From an uncultured Bacteroidaceae bacterium (GTDB lineage Bacteria > Bacteroidota > Bacteroidia > Bacteroidales > GCA-2748055), in assembly GCA_964583445.1 (NCBI GenBank), contig CAZOXI010000002.1:1-37226 (forward strand): a stretch of DNA of 37,226 nt, in the 5' to 3' direction. The translations under genes were made by a program, and so were the position numbers. Below the pieces are notes generated by a model, which was not told the DNA's origin, made no database searches, and was given only the letters and a program-made list of their open reading frames with translations. This document shows, one piece after another, positions 7,808-18,700 of this stretch (positions within the stretch are counted from its first letter, which is position 1; the number at the start of each line of letters is the position of its first letter).

Positions 7808-10800
7808 ATGAAAACAGGGAAAATTATAGCCGCATTTATCTTTCTGATCCTCGTTTGTATCGAAAGTCAGGCTCAGAACAAAGTCGTTTTGAGAGGAAAT
7901 GTTAAAGACGCAAAGACCGGTGAACTTCTGATCGGTGTGAATGTAATCGAATATGATAAAGACAGGAGAATCGTTGGTGGAACCATTACAGATGTGAATG
8001 GAAACTATGTATTGAATGTGACCAACTCTGATGCAATTATCAGTTTCAGTGTAATAGGTTACACGGCAAAGGAATTTCCGCTGCAAGACAGAACCACATT
8101 AAATGTTGAGCTGGAATCTGAAAGCTATGATCTTGAAGAGATTGTCATTACTGCAAAATCCACTGCTGACCCATTGACTGGAATTGCTGATAGGAATATG
8201 GCCAGTTCAAGGGTAAAGGTCGATATGTCAGAAATGAGTCATCTCGGGGCGGTCTCGGCCGAAGAGGCGCTGGTCGGCAAGGTTACCGGTTTGGATATCA
8301 TGTCACTTTCCGGCGATCCGGGGAGCGGCTCGTCCCTCGTGATCAGGGGATTGGGTTCATTGGGTAATGCCAGGCCGCTGATTGTAATTGACGGTGTGCC
8401 GCAAACAATATCTATCAGTTCTGATTTTACATTTACCTCTGCAGATATGGAAGATATCGGCGATCTGGTCAATATAGCTCCACAGGATATCAAATCCATT
8501 GAGGTATTGAAAGATGCCGGATCAACGGCTCAGTGGGGTTCCAAAGGAGCTGATGGTGTCCTTCAGATCGAAACTTTCAGGGGCAGGAAAGGAAAGACCA
8601 GATTCGACTACCAGGGCAAATATACACTGAATTACCAGCCCCCACCCATTCCGATGCTTAACGGAAACGAGTATATTATGCTTCAACTGGAGGAGTGGCA
8701 TAATGCCCAGGGGATATTTGAATTGCCTCCGGAGATAGCTTTTGACCCTACATTCATCGATTTTTACAACTATAACAAAAATACCGACTGGGTAGATGCC
8801 GTCACCCAGAATGGTTTTATTAATGAACAGTCTTTCAGACTATCGGGTGGTGGTGAAAAAACCAGATACTATGCATCCCTGAACCTACACGACAATGTAG
8901 GAACAACCATCAATACCGGACTACAAAGGATTACCACAAGGATAAACCTGGATTACAATGTCTCCACTAAACTTCGTTTTTCTATTGAGTTTAGTTATAC
9001 CGACACTCACAGGGATAATAACTACGAGTTTCGTGTGGCTGACGAAGTGTCTGGCAGGATCAAGAATACCAATATCAGGGAAATGGCCTACAGAAAGGCC
9101 CCTAATATGAGCATTTATGAATATGATAACCAGGGAAGGCTCACCGGTGAGTTTTTCACCCCTATCTATAGCTACCAGGGAACAGGTACGGACTATTTTA
9201 ATCCGGTTGCCGTAGGCGAATTAAGTAGCAATGATATGCAGGAATACCGGGTTATGAACAACTATTCCCTGCACTATAACATATTTCCATGGGTCAGGTT
9301 CCAGCAACTGATATCATTCCAGTACTTAAATAAGAATGTTGCCAGCTTCCTCCCTTACAACGCAATTGGAGCCGATTGGTTAAATTCAAAAAATAACGAG
9401 ACTTTTGAACGAGACCAAACAATTACTCAGATCATTACACGAACTCAACTCTTCTTTAATCCCAGAATCAACTCAAATCATGTGATCAACGGAAGTCTGA
9501 TGTTCGAAACTGACCAGCAACTTAATGAATTTGTCGCCGTTGGCGGACGAAATGGTCCGAGTGTTGCTATTCAGGATCCGGCTGCCGGTTTGCCAGTCAA
9601 CTTAATCAATTCCAAATTAGAGGAAACACATGTCCTGGGTTCTTTTGCCAGCATCAGTTATGTCTTGATGGACCGTTATATTCTCCAGGGAAATCTTCGT
9701 GCAGATGCCAGTTCCAGGTTTGGAAGCAATAGCCGCTGGGGTTTATTTCCAAGTTTCGGGGCAGCATGGAGATTCTCCAGCGAGCCATTCATGGATGGTT
9801 TTAAACTACTTTCTGATGGAAAAATCAATTATAGTTATGGACTGGCAGGGAAACAACCTGGGGGTGCATATGACCGGCATGGTATTTATAATACACCGCG
9901 AATACCCCAATATATCCAGAATCCCATCGTGGTGCAGGAACAGATACAACTGGCCAATCTCAAATGGCAAACCGTATACTCGCACAATTTAAAGCTAGAC
10001 CTGGGATTTATGGAGGACCGGTTCACAATTGTCGGCGAACTCTATAAAAAAATCACTAAAGACTTACTCTGGAAGAATTACAAGATACCCAAATCGTCGG
10101 GATACCCAACTCTGAATTGGTTTAACGGGGGAAGTGTTGAGAACAAGGGTTGGGAACTGGCCCTCTATGCCAATCCTGTCAGGACAAACAATACAAGCGT
10201 CAATCTTAATTTTAATATCTCCAGAAACATCAATTCATTCCTTGAATTTCCGGATAACTTTAACACTGAGCGGGACCAGAATATAGGGAATTATCAATAC
10301 CCAAGAAGGGCCAAATTGGGTGAGCCGGTTGGCTCTTTTTATGGATTTAATTATCTGGGCGTATGGCCATCTGATGACGCGGTTATTGCAACAAACGAGG
10401 ATGATAATCCTCTGCTCGATGTAAACGGCGATCACATTCCACTAACGTATAAAGGCACCTATATTTTTCAGGGTGGTGACGCCAACTATGAAGACCGAAA
10501 TCACGATGGAGTTATAGATATTTACGATGTGATCAACCTGGGAGATTCCAACCCTGATTTCATTGGTGGATTTGGAAGCAATATCGGCTGGAAGAATTAC
10601 AGGGTATCCATGCAGTGGTATTACCGGACCGGATTCATGATCGTCAATGAGATTGCCATGAGAACTGAAGGGATGCTTGGAAGAGATAACCAGAGTAAAG
10701 CCGTTCTGCATCGCTGGCGGTCGCAGGGACAGGATGCGGAGGATATCATTCCTCGTGCCTACCTGAATCACCCGGCCAATAACCTGGGATCAAACCGCTA

Positions 10801-11056
10801 CGTCGAGCCCGGTGATTTTTTAAGACTTGTCAATCTTACTCTTTCTTATAAATTACCTAAGGAGGTATGCAACAGGATTCGTGTGCGTACCATAGATATG
10901 GCATTTACCATGAGAAGGATTCTTACTTTGACGAATTATAGTGGTCAGGATCCGGAAGTCCCCCAAATCGTCCGCGATCCCTTCTGGTTCGGGACGGACA
11001 ACGCCCGAACCCCGCCACCCAAAGAATTTACCTTAAGCATTGCTGTCGGATTCTAA
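7808..11056 (+). CDS. SusC/RagA-family TonB-dependent outer-membrane transporter (SusC1)
   Basis: It has a signal peptide, then a carboxypeptidase-regulatory-like N-terminal domain (VLRGNVKDAKTGELLIGVNV...TDVNGNYVL). The TonB-box region is LEEIVITA. Plug motifs are SLVIRGLGSLGNARPLIVIDGVP and IKSIEVLKDAGSTAQWGSKGADGVLQIET. It also has the NKNTDW motif and ends in a terminal F. There is no STN/anti-sigma signalling domain. Confidence 0.95.
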   Translation: MKTGKIIAAFIFLILVCIESQAQNKVVLRGNVKDAKTGELLIGVNVIEYDKDRRIVGGTITDVNGNYVLNVTNSDAIISFSVIGYTAKEFPLQDRTTLNVELESESYDLEEIVITAKSTADPLTGIADRNMASSRVKVDMSEMSHLGAVSAEEALVGKVTGLDIMSLSGDPGSGSSLVIRGLGSLGNARPLIVIDGVPQTISISSDFTFTSADMEDIGDLVNIAPQDIKSIEVLKDAGSTAQWGSKGADGVLQIETFRGRKGKTRFDYQGKYTLNYQPPPIPMLNGNEYIMLQLEEWHNAQGIFELPPEIAFDPTFIDFYNYNKNTDWVDAVTQNGFINEQSFRLSGGGEKTRYYASLNLHDNVGTTINTGLQRITTRINLDYNVSTKLRFSIEFSYTDTHRDNNYEFRVADEVSGRIKNTNIREMAYRKAPNMSIYEYDNQGRLTGEFFTPIYSYQGTGTDYFNPVAVGELSSNDMQEYRVMNNYSLHYNIFPWVRFQQLISFQYLNKNVASFLPYNAIGADWLNSKNNETFERDQTITQIITRTQLFFNPRINSNHVINGSLMFETDQQLNEFVAVGGRNGPSVAIQDPAAGLPVNLINSKLEETHVLGSFASISYVLMDRYILQGNLRADASSRFGSNSRWGLFPSFGAAWRFSSEPFMDGFKLLSDGKINYSYGLAGKQPGGAYDRHGIYNTPRIPQYIQNPIVVQEQIQLANLKWQTVYSHNLKLDLGFMEDRFTIVGELYKKITKDLLWKNYKIPKSSGYPTLNWFNGGSVENKGWELALYANPVRTNNTSVNLNFNISRNINSFLEFPDNFNTERDQNIGNYQYPRRAKLGEPVGSFYGFNYLGVWPSDDAVIATNEDDNPLLDVNGDHIPLTYKGTYIFQGGDANYEDRNHDGVIDIYDVINLGDSNPDFIGGFGSNIGWKNYRVSMQWYYRTGFMIVNEIAMRTEGMLGRDNQSKAVLHRWRSQGQDAEDIIPRAYLNHPANNLGSNRYVEPGDFLRLVNLTLSYKLPKEVCNRIRVRTIDMAFTMRRILTLTNYSGQDPEVPQIVRDPFWFGTDNARTPPPKEFTLSIAVGF

Positions 11057-11067
11057 AAAATTAATCA

Positions 11068-12540
11068 ATGAAATTAAGAAAAATAGTCAGTTTATTATTT
11101 ATAGTTCTTCCTTTGCTAATCTCATCAGGATGCAATGACTGGCTGGAATTGGCTCCTCCGGATGGACTGGTAAAGGATGAATACTGGAAATCAAAAGAAG
11201 ATATTGAGGCGGTACTAATGGGAGCATACCAACAATTCGCCCAATTGGATGAACGTCTTTTTCTCTATGGTGAATTGCGGGGCGATTTATTGACCGATGA
11301 TAGCAATACACCAGGATATCAACGTTTGATAATGGAGGCGAATATCTACCCGGACAACGCCCTGTGCGACTGGAACGATTTTTACCTGGTGATTAACTAT
11401 TGTAATTTAGTGCTGAAATATATCCCCATCATCCAGGAGACCGACCAGACTTTTTCAAATATTCAGAGCCTGGGATTTGAAGCGGAGGCTTTGTATCTGC
11501 GCGGACTGGCCTATTTTTACCTGGTCAGAATTTGGAAAGAGGTCCCCCTTATCCTTGACGCATCTGAAGAGGATGATGTCGATTTCTATTTGCCAAAAAG
11601 CACTGAAGAGGAGGTACTCACCGCTATAGAAGAAGATTTAAAAAGAACCCTCGGATTTGTTACTGATGAATACGGAACCCTGGAACAAAACAAGGGAAGG
11701 GCCAACAGAGGGGCCATCCTGGCTCTCCTGGCCGACATCAATCTCTGGCAGTATGAGTACGATGAAGTGATCGATTATGTTGAACGAATCGAAGATTTGG
11801 AATATTTCCTGCTCCCCGCTGCGCAATGGTTTGATAATTTTTTTCCGGGTAATTCACTCTCAAGCATATTTGAATTCCAATTTAACAGTAGCCTGGAGCA
11901 GCCTTCTGACCTCTTTTTTTACACATATTTCAATATCGGTTATTATAAAGCCAGTGAAACGGCTTTGGAATTATTGGCCCCTGAACGTTCCGGTGAAATA
12001 TACAGGGGTCGCGGTTCTCTGCGCGGAACCGACGGCGCAATCTGGAAATACTGCGGTAGTGCTCCTGATGAACAAACCCTGCGACCCAGTTCCGAAACCA
12101 GAGATGCCAACTGGATCGTTTATCGTTACGCAGATGTTCTGCTAATGAAGGCAGAAGCCTTATCCCAAACAGGAAGATATCAGGATGCTCTCACCATCAT
12201 TAACGAAATCAGGACCCAGGCATTGGTCAGCCCTTTAAGTTTGGATGAGACAGCCGAGGCCTTTGAAAATGCAATCATGGATGAACGCGTCAGGGAACTG
12301 GCTTTCGAGGGAAAAAGATGGTTCGATCTGGTCAGGCTGGGCCGCAGGAACAATTATGCCAGGAAAAATTACCTGATTGAGATCATTATTGACAAAGTAC
12401 CATCCACCCAAAAATTAGTGCTTGCTACAAAACTAACGGATCCTTTCAGCTGGTTCCTTCCTATTCAGGAAGATGAACTTGAAAGAAACAACCAACTTGT
12501 GCAGAATCCGTATTATGCTGTTTTTTCAGATGAAAATTAA
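11068..12540 (+). CDS. SusD/RagB-family outer-membrane lipoprotein (SusD1)
   Basis: The lipobox is LLISSGC. The SusD N-terminal pattern is WLELAPPDGLVKDEYWKSKEDIEAVLMGAYQQF. TPR-like core motifs are RGLAYFYLVRIW and LLMKAEAL. The C-terminal ERVRELAFEGKRWFDLVR is diagnostic. It starts 11 nt after SusC1. Confidence 0.93.
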   Translation: MKLRKIVSLLFIVLPLLISSGCNDWLELAPPDGLVKDEYWKSKEDIEAVLMGAYQQFAQLDERLFLYGELRGDLLTDDSNTPGYQRLIMEANIYPDNALCDWNDFYLVINYCNLVLKYIPIIQETDQTFSNIQSLGFEAEALYLRGLAYFYLVRIWKEVPLILDASEEDDVDFYLPKSTEEEVLTAIEEDLKRTLGFVTDEYGTLEQNKGRANRGAILALLADINLWQYEYDEVIDYVERIEDLEYFLLPAAQWFDNFFPGNSLSSIFEFQFNSSLEQPSDLFFYTYFNIGYYKASETALELLAPERSGEIYRGRGSLRGTDGAIWKYCGSAPDEQTLRPSSETRDANWIVYRYADVLLMKAEALSQTGRYQDALTIINEIRTQALVSPLSLDETAEAFENAIMDERVRELAFEGKRWFDLVRLGRRNNYARKNYLIEIIIDKVPSTQKLVLATKLTDPFSWFLPIQEDELERNNQLVQNPYYAVFSDEN

Positions 12541-14146
12541 AAAACATAACATGATCAAAATAACACCTTTAATTTTTGTTGGAATCGCATTTCTTTGGAG
12601 TTGCATCGATCCTGTCGAAGCACCAGAAGCTTTCGTTGATGAGGATATCTTCCTCATCGCAGACTACATTGAGGACCATCAGGATACATATTCAAAATTT
12701 TACAGAGTGATGATCGAGGGAGATTTAATAGATCCCCTGAGTGCCTACAACCCTTTCGGAAATGGGTTTACACTTTTTCTTCCGACCGATGAAGCCTTTG
12801 ACAGGTATATCCAGAACAACGATTCCTATTCCAGTTTTGAAGCGCTTATTGAGGACAAGGAATTCGTGAGAGTCCTGGGAAGATACCACCTGGTGAATAT
12901 AGGATTGAAATCGAATGAATTTCCTTATGGTGCACTCCCCGACACAACTGCAACAGGCGATGTCCTGACCATCGGATTTAGCACCAGCTTCGATTCCACT
13001 ATCTACAAGGTAAACAATGTAGCCTCAGTAACACAGCCCAACCTTGAGATGGTCAACGGTTACATCCACGAAATATCGGAAGTACTAAAGCCCATCAATT
13101 TTCCTGGAGTTGAGTGGCTTCAGAACGAAGATGGATACTCCATTCTGAGCGGAGCGCTTACTTTGGCAGGAATTACCGATACATTAGGGATTTATCGCAC
13201 CACAGGACCGGGTCAGGTGATCCGAAACAAATATACAATTCTTGCGGAACACGACAGTATATTCCAGAGGAATGGAATCCAGTCTGTGGATGACCTGTTG
13301 GAAAGATATAATACGCCAGGGCTCACTCCCGATGATCCGGATAACCAGTTTTTCCAGTTTGCCGCCTATCATGTGCTTGAAGGTGATTACTTCCTGGTTG
13401 ACTTTGAGGTCACCCGAAACTATAACACATATGCCAGTGCACCTGTAAGGATTCAAACAGGACTGGAATTAAGACTGAATCCCGGGGTGGACACATTCAG
13501 ATTAGAGATTTCCGAAATGGGTGACACCACAGCGATCAGACATATTGGTCTTTTCTACCAGGAAAGCGATATCAACTCCAAGACAGGCCCTATCCATCTT
13601 ATTGATCAGGTATTGGAGTATTATATCCCCCCGACCTCAGAACAAATCTTCCAGTTTTATGAGGCTCCCCCGATCAACAATCTAAGAAATACACAGGGAA
13701 CCCATGATTTACTTAAGGTTGATCAGGATGATTTAGAGGTGATTACCTTTACCGGACCGGACGAGATCATCTATTATAAAACTACGTCCAATTCTGAAAA
13801 TGCTTTTAGTAAAGATTATATTCAGATTAATGGTAATTTCACTATCAGTTATACCATTCCGAAAATTCTTCCCGGCAAATACAAGGTTTATCTCAGGGCA
13901 CACGGTTTTAATCGAAACGATGAAAATGCCACGATCCTTGTATTCATGGACGGGAAACAGTTGGGAGGCTCAATTAACCTGAACAGTGGAGGTTTAGCCA
14001 ATAATCCTTATAACGTAAATAACCAACTCGGTTATTTGGTAGGAGGAGTTGAATTTTCAAATTATAAGGAACATACAGTGACCGTCGAATCCTTTATTCC
14101 CGGGAGGTTCATCTGGGATTACATCAGATTCGTACCTGATAAATAG
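12530..14146 (+). CDS. FAS1-domain lipoprotein with a C-terminal CBM-like beta-sandwich (FAS1b)
   Basis: The lipoprotein signal is MKIKKHNMIKITPLIFVGIAFLWSC, from the ATG at 12530, which overlaps the SusD1 stop; an alternative ATG is at 12551. FAS1 motif pairs are FTLFLPTDEAFDRY with VLGRYHLVN, and YTILAEHDSIF with FAAYHVLEG. The ~115-aa C-terminal module ends in WDYIRFVP. Confidence 0.85.
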   Translation: MKIKKHNMIKITPLIFVGIAFLWSCIDPVEAPEAFVDEDIFLIADYIEDHQDTYSKFYRVMIEGDLIDPLSAYNPFGNGFTLFLPTDEAFDRYIQNNDSYSSFEALIEDKEFVRVLGRYHLVNIGLKSNEFPYGALPDTTATGDVLTIGFSTSFDSTIYKVNNVASVTQPNLEMVNGYIHEISEVLKPINFPGVEWLQNEDGYSILSGALTLAGITDTLGIYRTTGPGQVIRNKYTILAEHDSIFQRNGIQSVDDLLERYNTPGLTPDDPDNQFFQFAAYHVLEGDYFLVDFEVTRNYNTYASAPVRIQTGLELRLNPGVDTFRLEISEMGDTTAIRHIGLFYQESDINSKTGPIHLIDQVLEYYIPPTSEQIFQFYEAPPINNLRNTQGTHDLLKVDQDDLEVITFTGPDEIIYYKTTSNSENAFSKDYIQINGNFTISYTIPKILPGKYKVYLRAHGFNRNDENATILVFMDGKQLGGSINLNSGGLANNPYNVNNQLGYLVGGVEFSNYKEHTVTVESFIPGRFIWDYIRFVPDK

Positions 14147-14174
14147 ATAACATGTTTTAAATGGTATATTGCAA

Positions 14175-15734
14175 ATGAAAAGAACAATGAAGCATAAGAG
14201 TTTGCTAGTGGCATTGAGTTTGCTTGTTGCTTGCAGCTGCAATCCGCCGGATTGGGACGAGCATTATAATAACCCTCCTGCGAGTGTCAATATGAAACTC
14301 TGGGATGCAGTGAAAGCTGAATCGAACTATTCCGAATTCACATCCCTGATCAGTTCCTATAATTTGGACACTCTGTTTAATAAAAATCAGTCGTACACCC
14401 TGTTTATTCCCAACAATGATGCAATTTCACAGCTAACTCCTGAGGATACCAGTGGAATCATGCGTCAGATCTTGCTCTACCATATTTCCAATACCGTTTT
14501 CCTGCCAAGGAACGTCAAAGGTTTCAGAAAACTACAGAATCTGACAAATAAGTATGTAGGGGTGGAAAAACTTCCCGGGTATTTCAGCTATGACCTGATC
14601 CCCATTGAATACAGCAGTCCGCTCTATCTTGACGGGGTATATCACGAGCTTAGCCAACCTGCCCAGCCCAGACCAAACCTCTATGAGTTCACTGAGAGGT
14701 TTAGCTCCGTTATCAGGGATTATATCGATCTGACCGACTCGGTATATCTGGATAAATCGAACAGCAAGCCGCTCGGATTCGATGATTCAGGCAATACTAT
14801 ATATGATTCCGTATTTAATAGAATTAACCGTTTTGAGCGTGACTACTTCCCTGTGAGTCAGGAAAGCAGGAACAAAACTGCAACATTTGTACTCTTTACA
14901 CAGGAGCAGTATATCGAAGCCCTGAATGAAATGGGGCAAATTCTGGGTGGTTCTTTCAACAATTTCGAAGATATCCCCGAAATCTGGCAATTCCAGACCC
15001 TTTTACCTGCCTTGATGGAGAACAGCCTGTATGAAAACAATCTTGAATACACTGATTTCCGGGATACCATGATTAGTGTAACAGGAGACACAGTCTATAT
15101 TGAACCGGGAAATATTGATCCTGAATCTAAATTCCTTTGCAGTAACGGGGTAACCTATACCTATCTCGATTTTAAAGTCCCGGAATATCTTTACAAAGGC
15201 GAACAACGCATAGAGGGTGAAGATCTCCTCGACTCGATTGGTCCAAGCATCTGGGCCTGGAAACCTGATATTAAGATTGATGGTATCACAGTGCGGCCAA
15301 GTCGTGAATCTCTTACTGAAGCCTCTGAAGGTTTTCTTGCCAGTGTCTCTTTTCCCACTCGTAATTTCCTGGAGGAGTGGAGCATCACATTCAAGTTCAA
15401 AAACATCTTTCCCATGCGCTACAGACTGGAATGGGGAGCGAGTTTCAGACCATCAGGCAATTACTCGATCTACGTAAATGGTGAAATTCTGGAATATAGC
15501 GACAGGTATGGTCGACCTCAGACGATATTCGACACCGATGAACTGAGTTTGGTAACCAGGTCCGTCACAGGAGATAAGTTTGTGCCCGTAGGAAACGTAA
15601 ACAAAAGAGATTACTGGGTGGAGAATATTACCGAATTTGGCGATGTTGAAATAAAGATTTTGTACACCGGACCTGGATCAAAAGATTTAAACGGTTTCAG
15701 CCTCGACTACGTAAGCCTTTTCCCGGCTGAATAA
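14175..15734 (+). CDS. FAS1-domain lipoprotein with a C-terminal CBM-like beta-sandwich (FAS1c)
   Basis: The track ORF begins at a TTG (14169). The ATG at 14175 gives MKRTMKHKSLLVALSLLVACSC, a lipobox signal. FAS1 motifs are YTLFIPNNDAISQL and ILLYHISN. The C-terminal module (WSITFKFKNIFPMRYRLEW...LDYVSLFP) is homologous to the FAS1b tail. Confidence 0.85.
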   Translation: MKRTMKHKSLLVALSLLVACSCNPPDWDEHYNNPPASVNMKLWDAVKAESNYSEFTSLISSYNLDTLFNKNQSYTLFIPNNDAISQLTPEDTSGIMRQILLYHISNTVFLPRNVKGFRKLQNLTNKYVGVEKLPGYFSYDLIPIEYSSPLYLDGVYHELSQPAQPRPNLYEFTERFSSVIRDYIDLTDSVYLDKSNSKPLGFDDSGNTIYDSVFNRINRFERDYFPVSQESRNKTATFVLFTQEQYIEALNEMGQILGGSFNNFEDIPEIWQFQTLLPALMENSLYENNLEYTDFRDTMISVTGDTVYIEPGNIDPESKFLCSNGVTYTYLDFKVPEYLYKGEQRIEGEDLLDSIGPSIWAWKPDIKIDGITVRPSRESLTEASEGFLASVSFPTRNFLEEWSITFKFKNIFPMRYRLEWGASFRPSGNYSIYVNGEILEYSDRYGRPQTIFDTDELSLVTRSVTGDKFVPVGNVNKRDYWVENITEFGDVEIKILYTGPGSKDLNGFSLDYVSLFPAE

Positions 15735-15755
15735 TTGTATACAACACCTTATCTT

Positions 15756-18700
15756 ATGAATAGTAATAAAATAAATCAGGTAAAATACTTTTTAATTTGG
15801 CTTCTGTGTTTTGTAAGCTTAACTTTTTTAAGTAACCGAACATATGGACAGGATTCACTGCGCGTAACTGGAACCGTAAAGGGTGATTCAGGAGAACCGG
15901 TGGAAGGCGTTTCTGTGAGTGTGGAGGGAGTATTGGGGACTCCTGCAGTTACGGATGAAAATGGTCAATTCCAAGTCACAACTCCTGGAGGTGATGCATG
16001 GATTATGATCAACCCCGTGGATACATACAAGAGTAAGCGCATTTATCTGAATAACAGAAAAAGTCTGATTCTACAGCTTACACCGATCGACATGGAATCA
16101 GGATACGATCTGATCAATGACCAGTTCGGTCCCAAACTTAGAAGGGACTTTGTTGGTGCTTTCAGTGCTCAGGACCCTAAAGGGTCAAGGCACTACCCCA
16201 ATCAGACTGTTGACCAGTTCTTTCAAAACAAGATCCCAGGTCTGTGGGCTACTGTACAGTCCGGAATGCCCCTCTCCGGGACCACAACATTCCTTAGAGG
16301 CATCCGCTCTATGCATACCACAAGTCAGCCATTGTATATCGTAGACGGTCTTCCGCTGGAGGCTCCTGGAATGTTTCAATCAAATCTTTCGGGTTATGAT
16401 TATAACCCGCTCTCCACCCTTGAACCCAATGATATTACTAATATTACCATCCTCAAAGATTACCTTGGCAGCTCACATTACGGTGTAAGGGGATCCAATG
16501 GAGTGGTGCTGATTGAAACATTGAAACCCACCGAACTCCAAACAACCATTAATTTTTCATATCGCACTGGCTTTAGTCTTCAACCCGACAGGATACCCCA
16601 GCTTAACAGCGATCAATATAAAACATTCGCCAATGAAGTATTGATGTCTTCAGGACTATATGAAGAAAACTACACCAGGGAGTTTTTCCAACTCTTTGCC
16701 ACGGAGAATGATCCGGAGTATTTTAAGTATAATAAGAATACCAACTGGCAGGATTATATTTTCCGGGATGCACTTATGAATGATTTTTTTCTGAACGTGA
16801 TGGGTGGTGATGAAATCGCGCGGTATGGATTATCATTTAGCTATCTTAAATACGAGGGAATTATCAAAGATACCGATGCAAGTCGTGTAAACGCCAGGTT
16901 TGTGGGATCTTTTAATATTTTCGATTGGTTAAGGATGTACATCAGTACAAACCTGAGTACCAACAATGCTTCACTCAATGAATCGGTGCTCTCTGAGAAA
17001 ACCAGTCCCATACTCACCTCCCTGTTCAAGGCACCGATCCTCTATCCTTTTCAATTTGATGAAGACGGACAGGAGCTTAGTGTTGTTGAGCATGTGAACT
17101 CCCTTGGAATAAGTAATCCGGTTTCCATAATCGATAAGTTTGAAGGATCGAACAAGAACTACCGTTTTACAACATCCTTCAAAGTGGAAGGGGATCTATG
17201 GCAGGACCACCTGAAATGGACCTCTATGTTGGGAATAAACCTCAACTCTCTGACTGAAAGTATTTTTATGCCAAACACCGGAATGGAACTCTATTATAAT
17301 GATGAGGCATGGAATGTCATTAAAAAAATGAATAATAATTTTTATTCAATTTATTCAGACAACTTTATCACTTTTAATCATAGCATTAATGAAAAGCATT
17401 TGATTAATGCTGCAGCTGGAGTTCGTATTCATCAGAATTCTTTAGATATCGACTGGGGAATTGCAAAAAATGCGCATGAAAAAGATGAATACAGACAATT
17501 GCAGGATGGCACCTCTTTTCTTAGAGAGATGGGAGGTGATGATGCTAATTGGAACCGCCTGGGATCCTATGCCAATGCTTCTTACAGCTATCTGAACAGA
17601 TACATAATGGAAGCAGGGCTTGTGGGCGAATTCTCCTCAAGAGTCGGAAAAAATGCCCAGGATATGTTCCTGATAGGAGAGATACCCTTCGGCATTTTTT
17701 ATTCTGCAGGTGTCGCCTGGAGAATCAGCTCAGAGCAATTCATGAAAAATATATACTGGCTTGAAGAACTTAAGTTAAGATTTACTTACGGGGAGGCGGG
17801 CAACGATGATATTGGAAACCTCGCGGGCCTTGATTATTATACTGCGGATCACTACAGGGAAACCTCTGCTATGATTCCGGGGATTTTAATAGACCAGTCA
17901 ATAAAGTTCGAGCGTAATAAGCAGGTCAATGCAGGCATTGATCTTAGTCTTTTTAGTGATAGAATTTCCCTGACCGCCGACTGGTTCAATATCAAGACAG
18001 AGGATATGTTTGTTTATGAACCGCAACCAACCTTTATGGGATTTGATTTGATTCCCACAAATAATGGTGAACTTTCGAACCGGGGATGGGAGTTGAGTTT
18101 TTATTCTCGCATCTTTAATTTAAAAAAACTTAAGGTAGATATCTCTTTGCAATTGGCCGGATTTCAAAACAGGGTTGAATCCATTAAAAATGATGCAGTA
18201 GTTACTCCATTCCCAGGAGGATACTTCATTTCCCGCATAGGTGAGCCAGTACTCAGTTTTTACGGATACAACTACTTGGGTATCTATTCAACCGAAGCGG
18301 AAGCGGAAAATGAAGGACTGGTGAATGGAAAAGGGATTGCTTTCGGATCTGGAGATGCACGTTTCGAGGATATTTCAGGCCCAGAGGGAATACCCGATGG
18401 GGTTATCAATGAATTGGACAGGATCAACCTGGGATCACCTATTCCTAAGTTGTATGGAGGAGCAACTACCACGTTCAGTTACGGCAGATGGTCCGTTAGT
18501 GCAAATCTTCAGATTGTAACAGGCCAAAAAGTATTCAATTATGTCCGGTATGAGAATGAGAAAATGACTGATCTTTCCAACCAGAGTACCCATACGCTTT
18601 CACGCTGGACTTATGAAGGCCAAAAGACCAATGTTCCGAGGGCTTTATATAACGATCCGATCGGTAATAGCGAATTCTCTTCCCGCTGGATTGAAGATGG

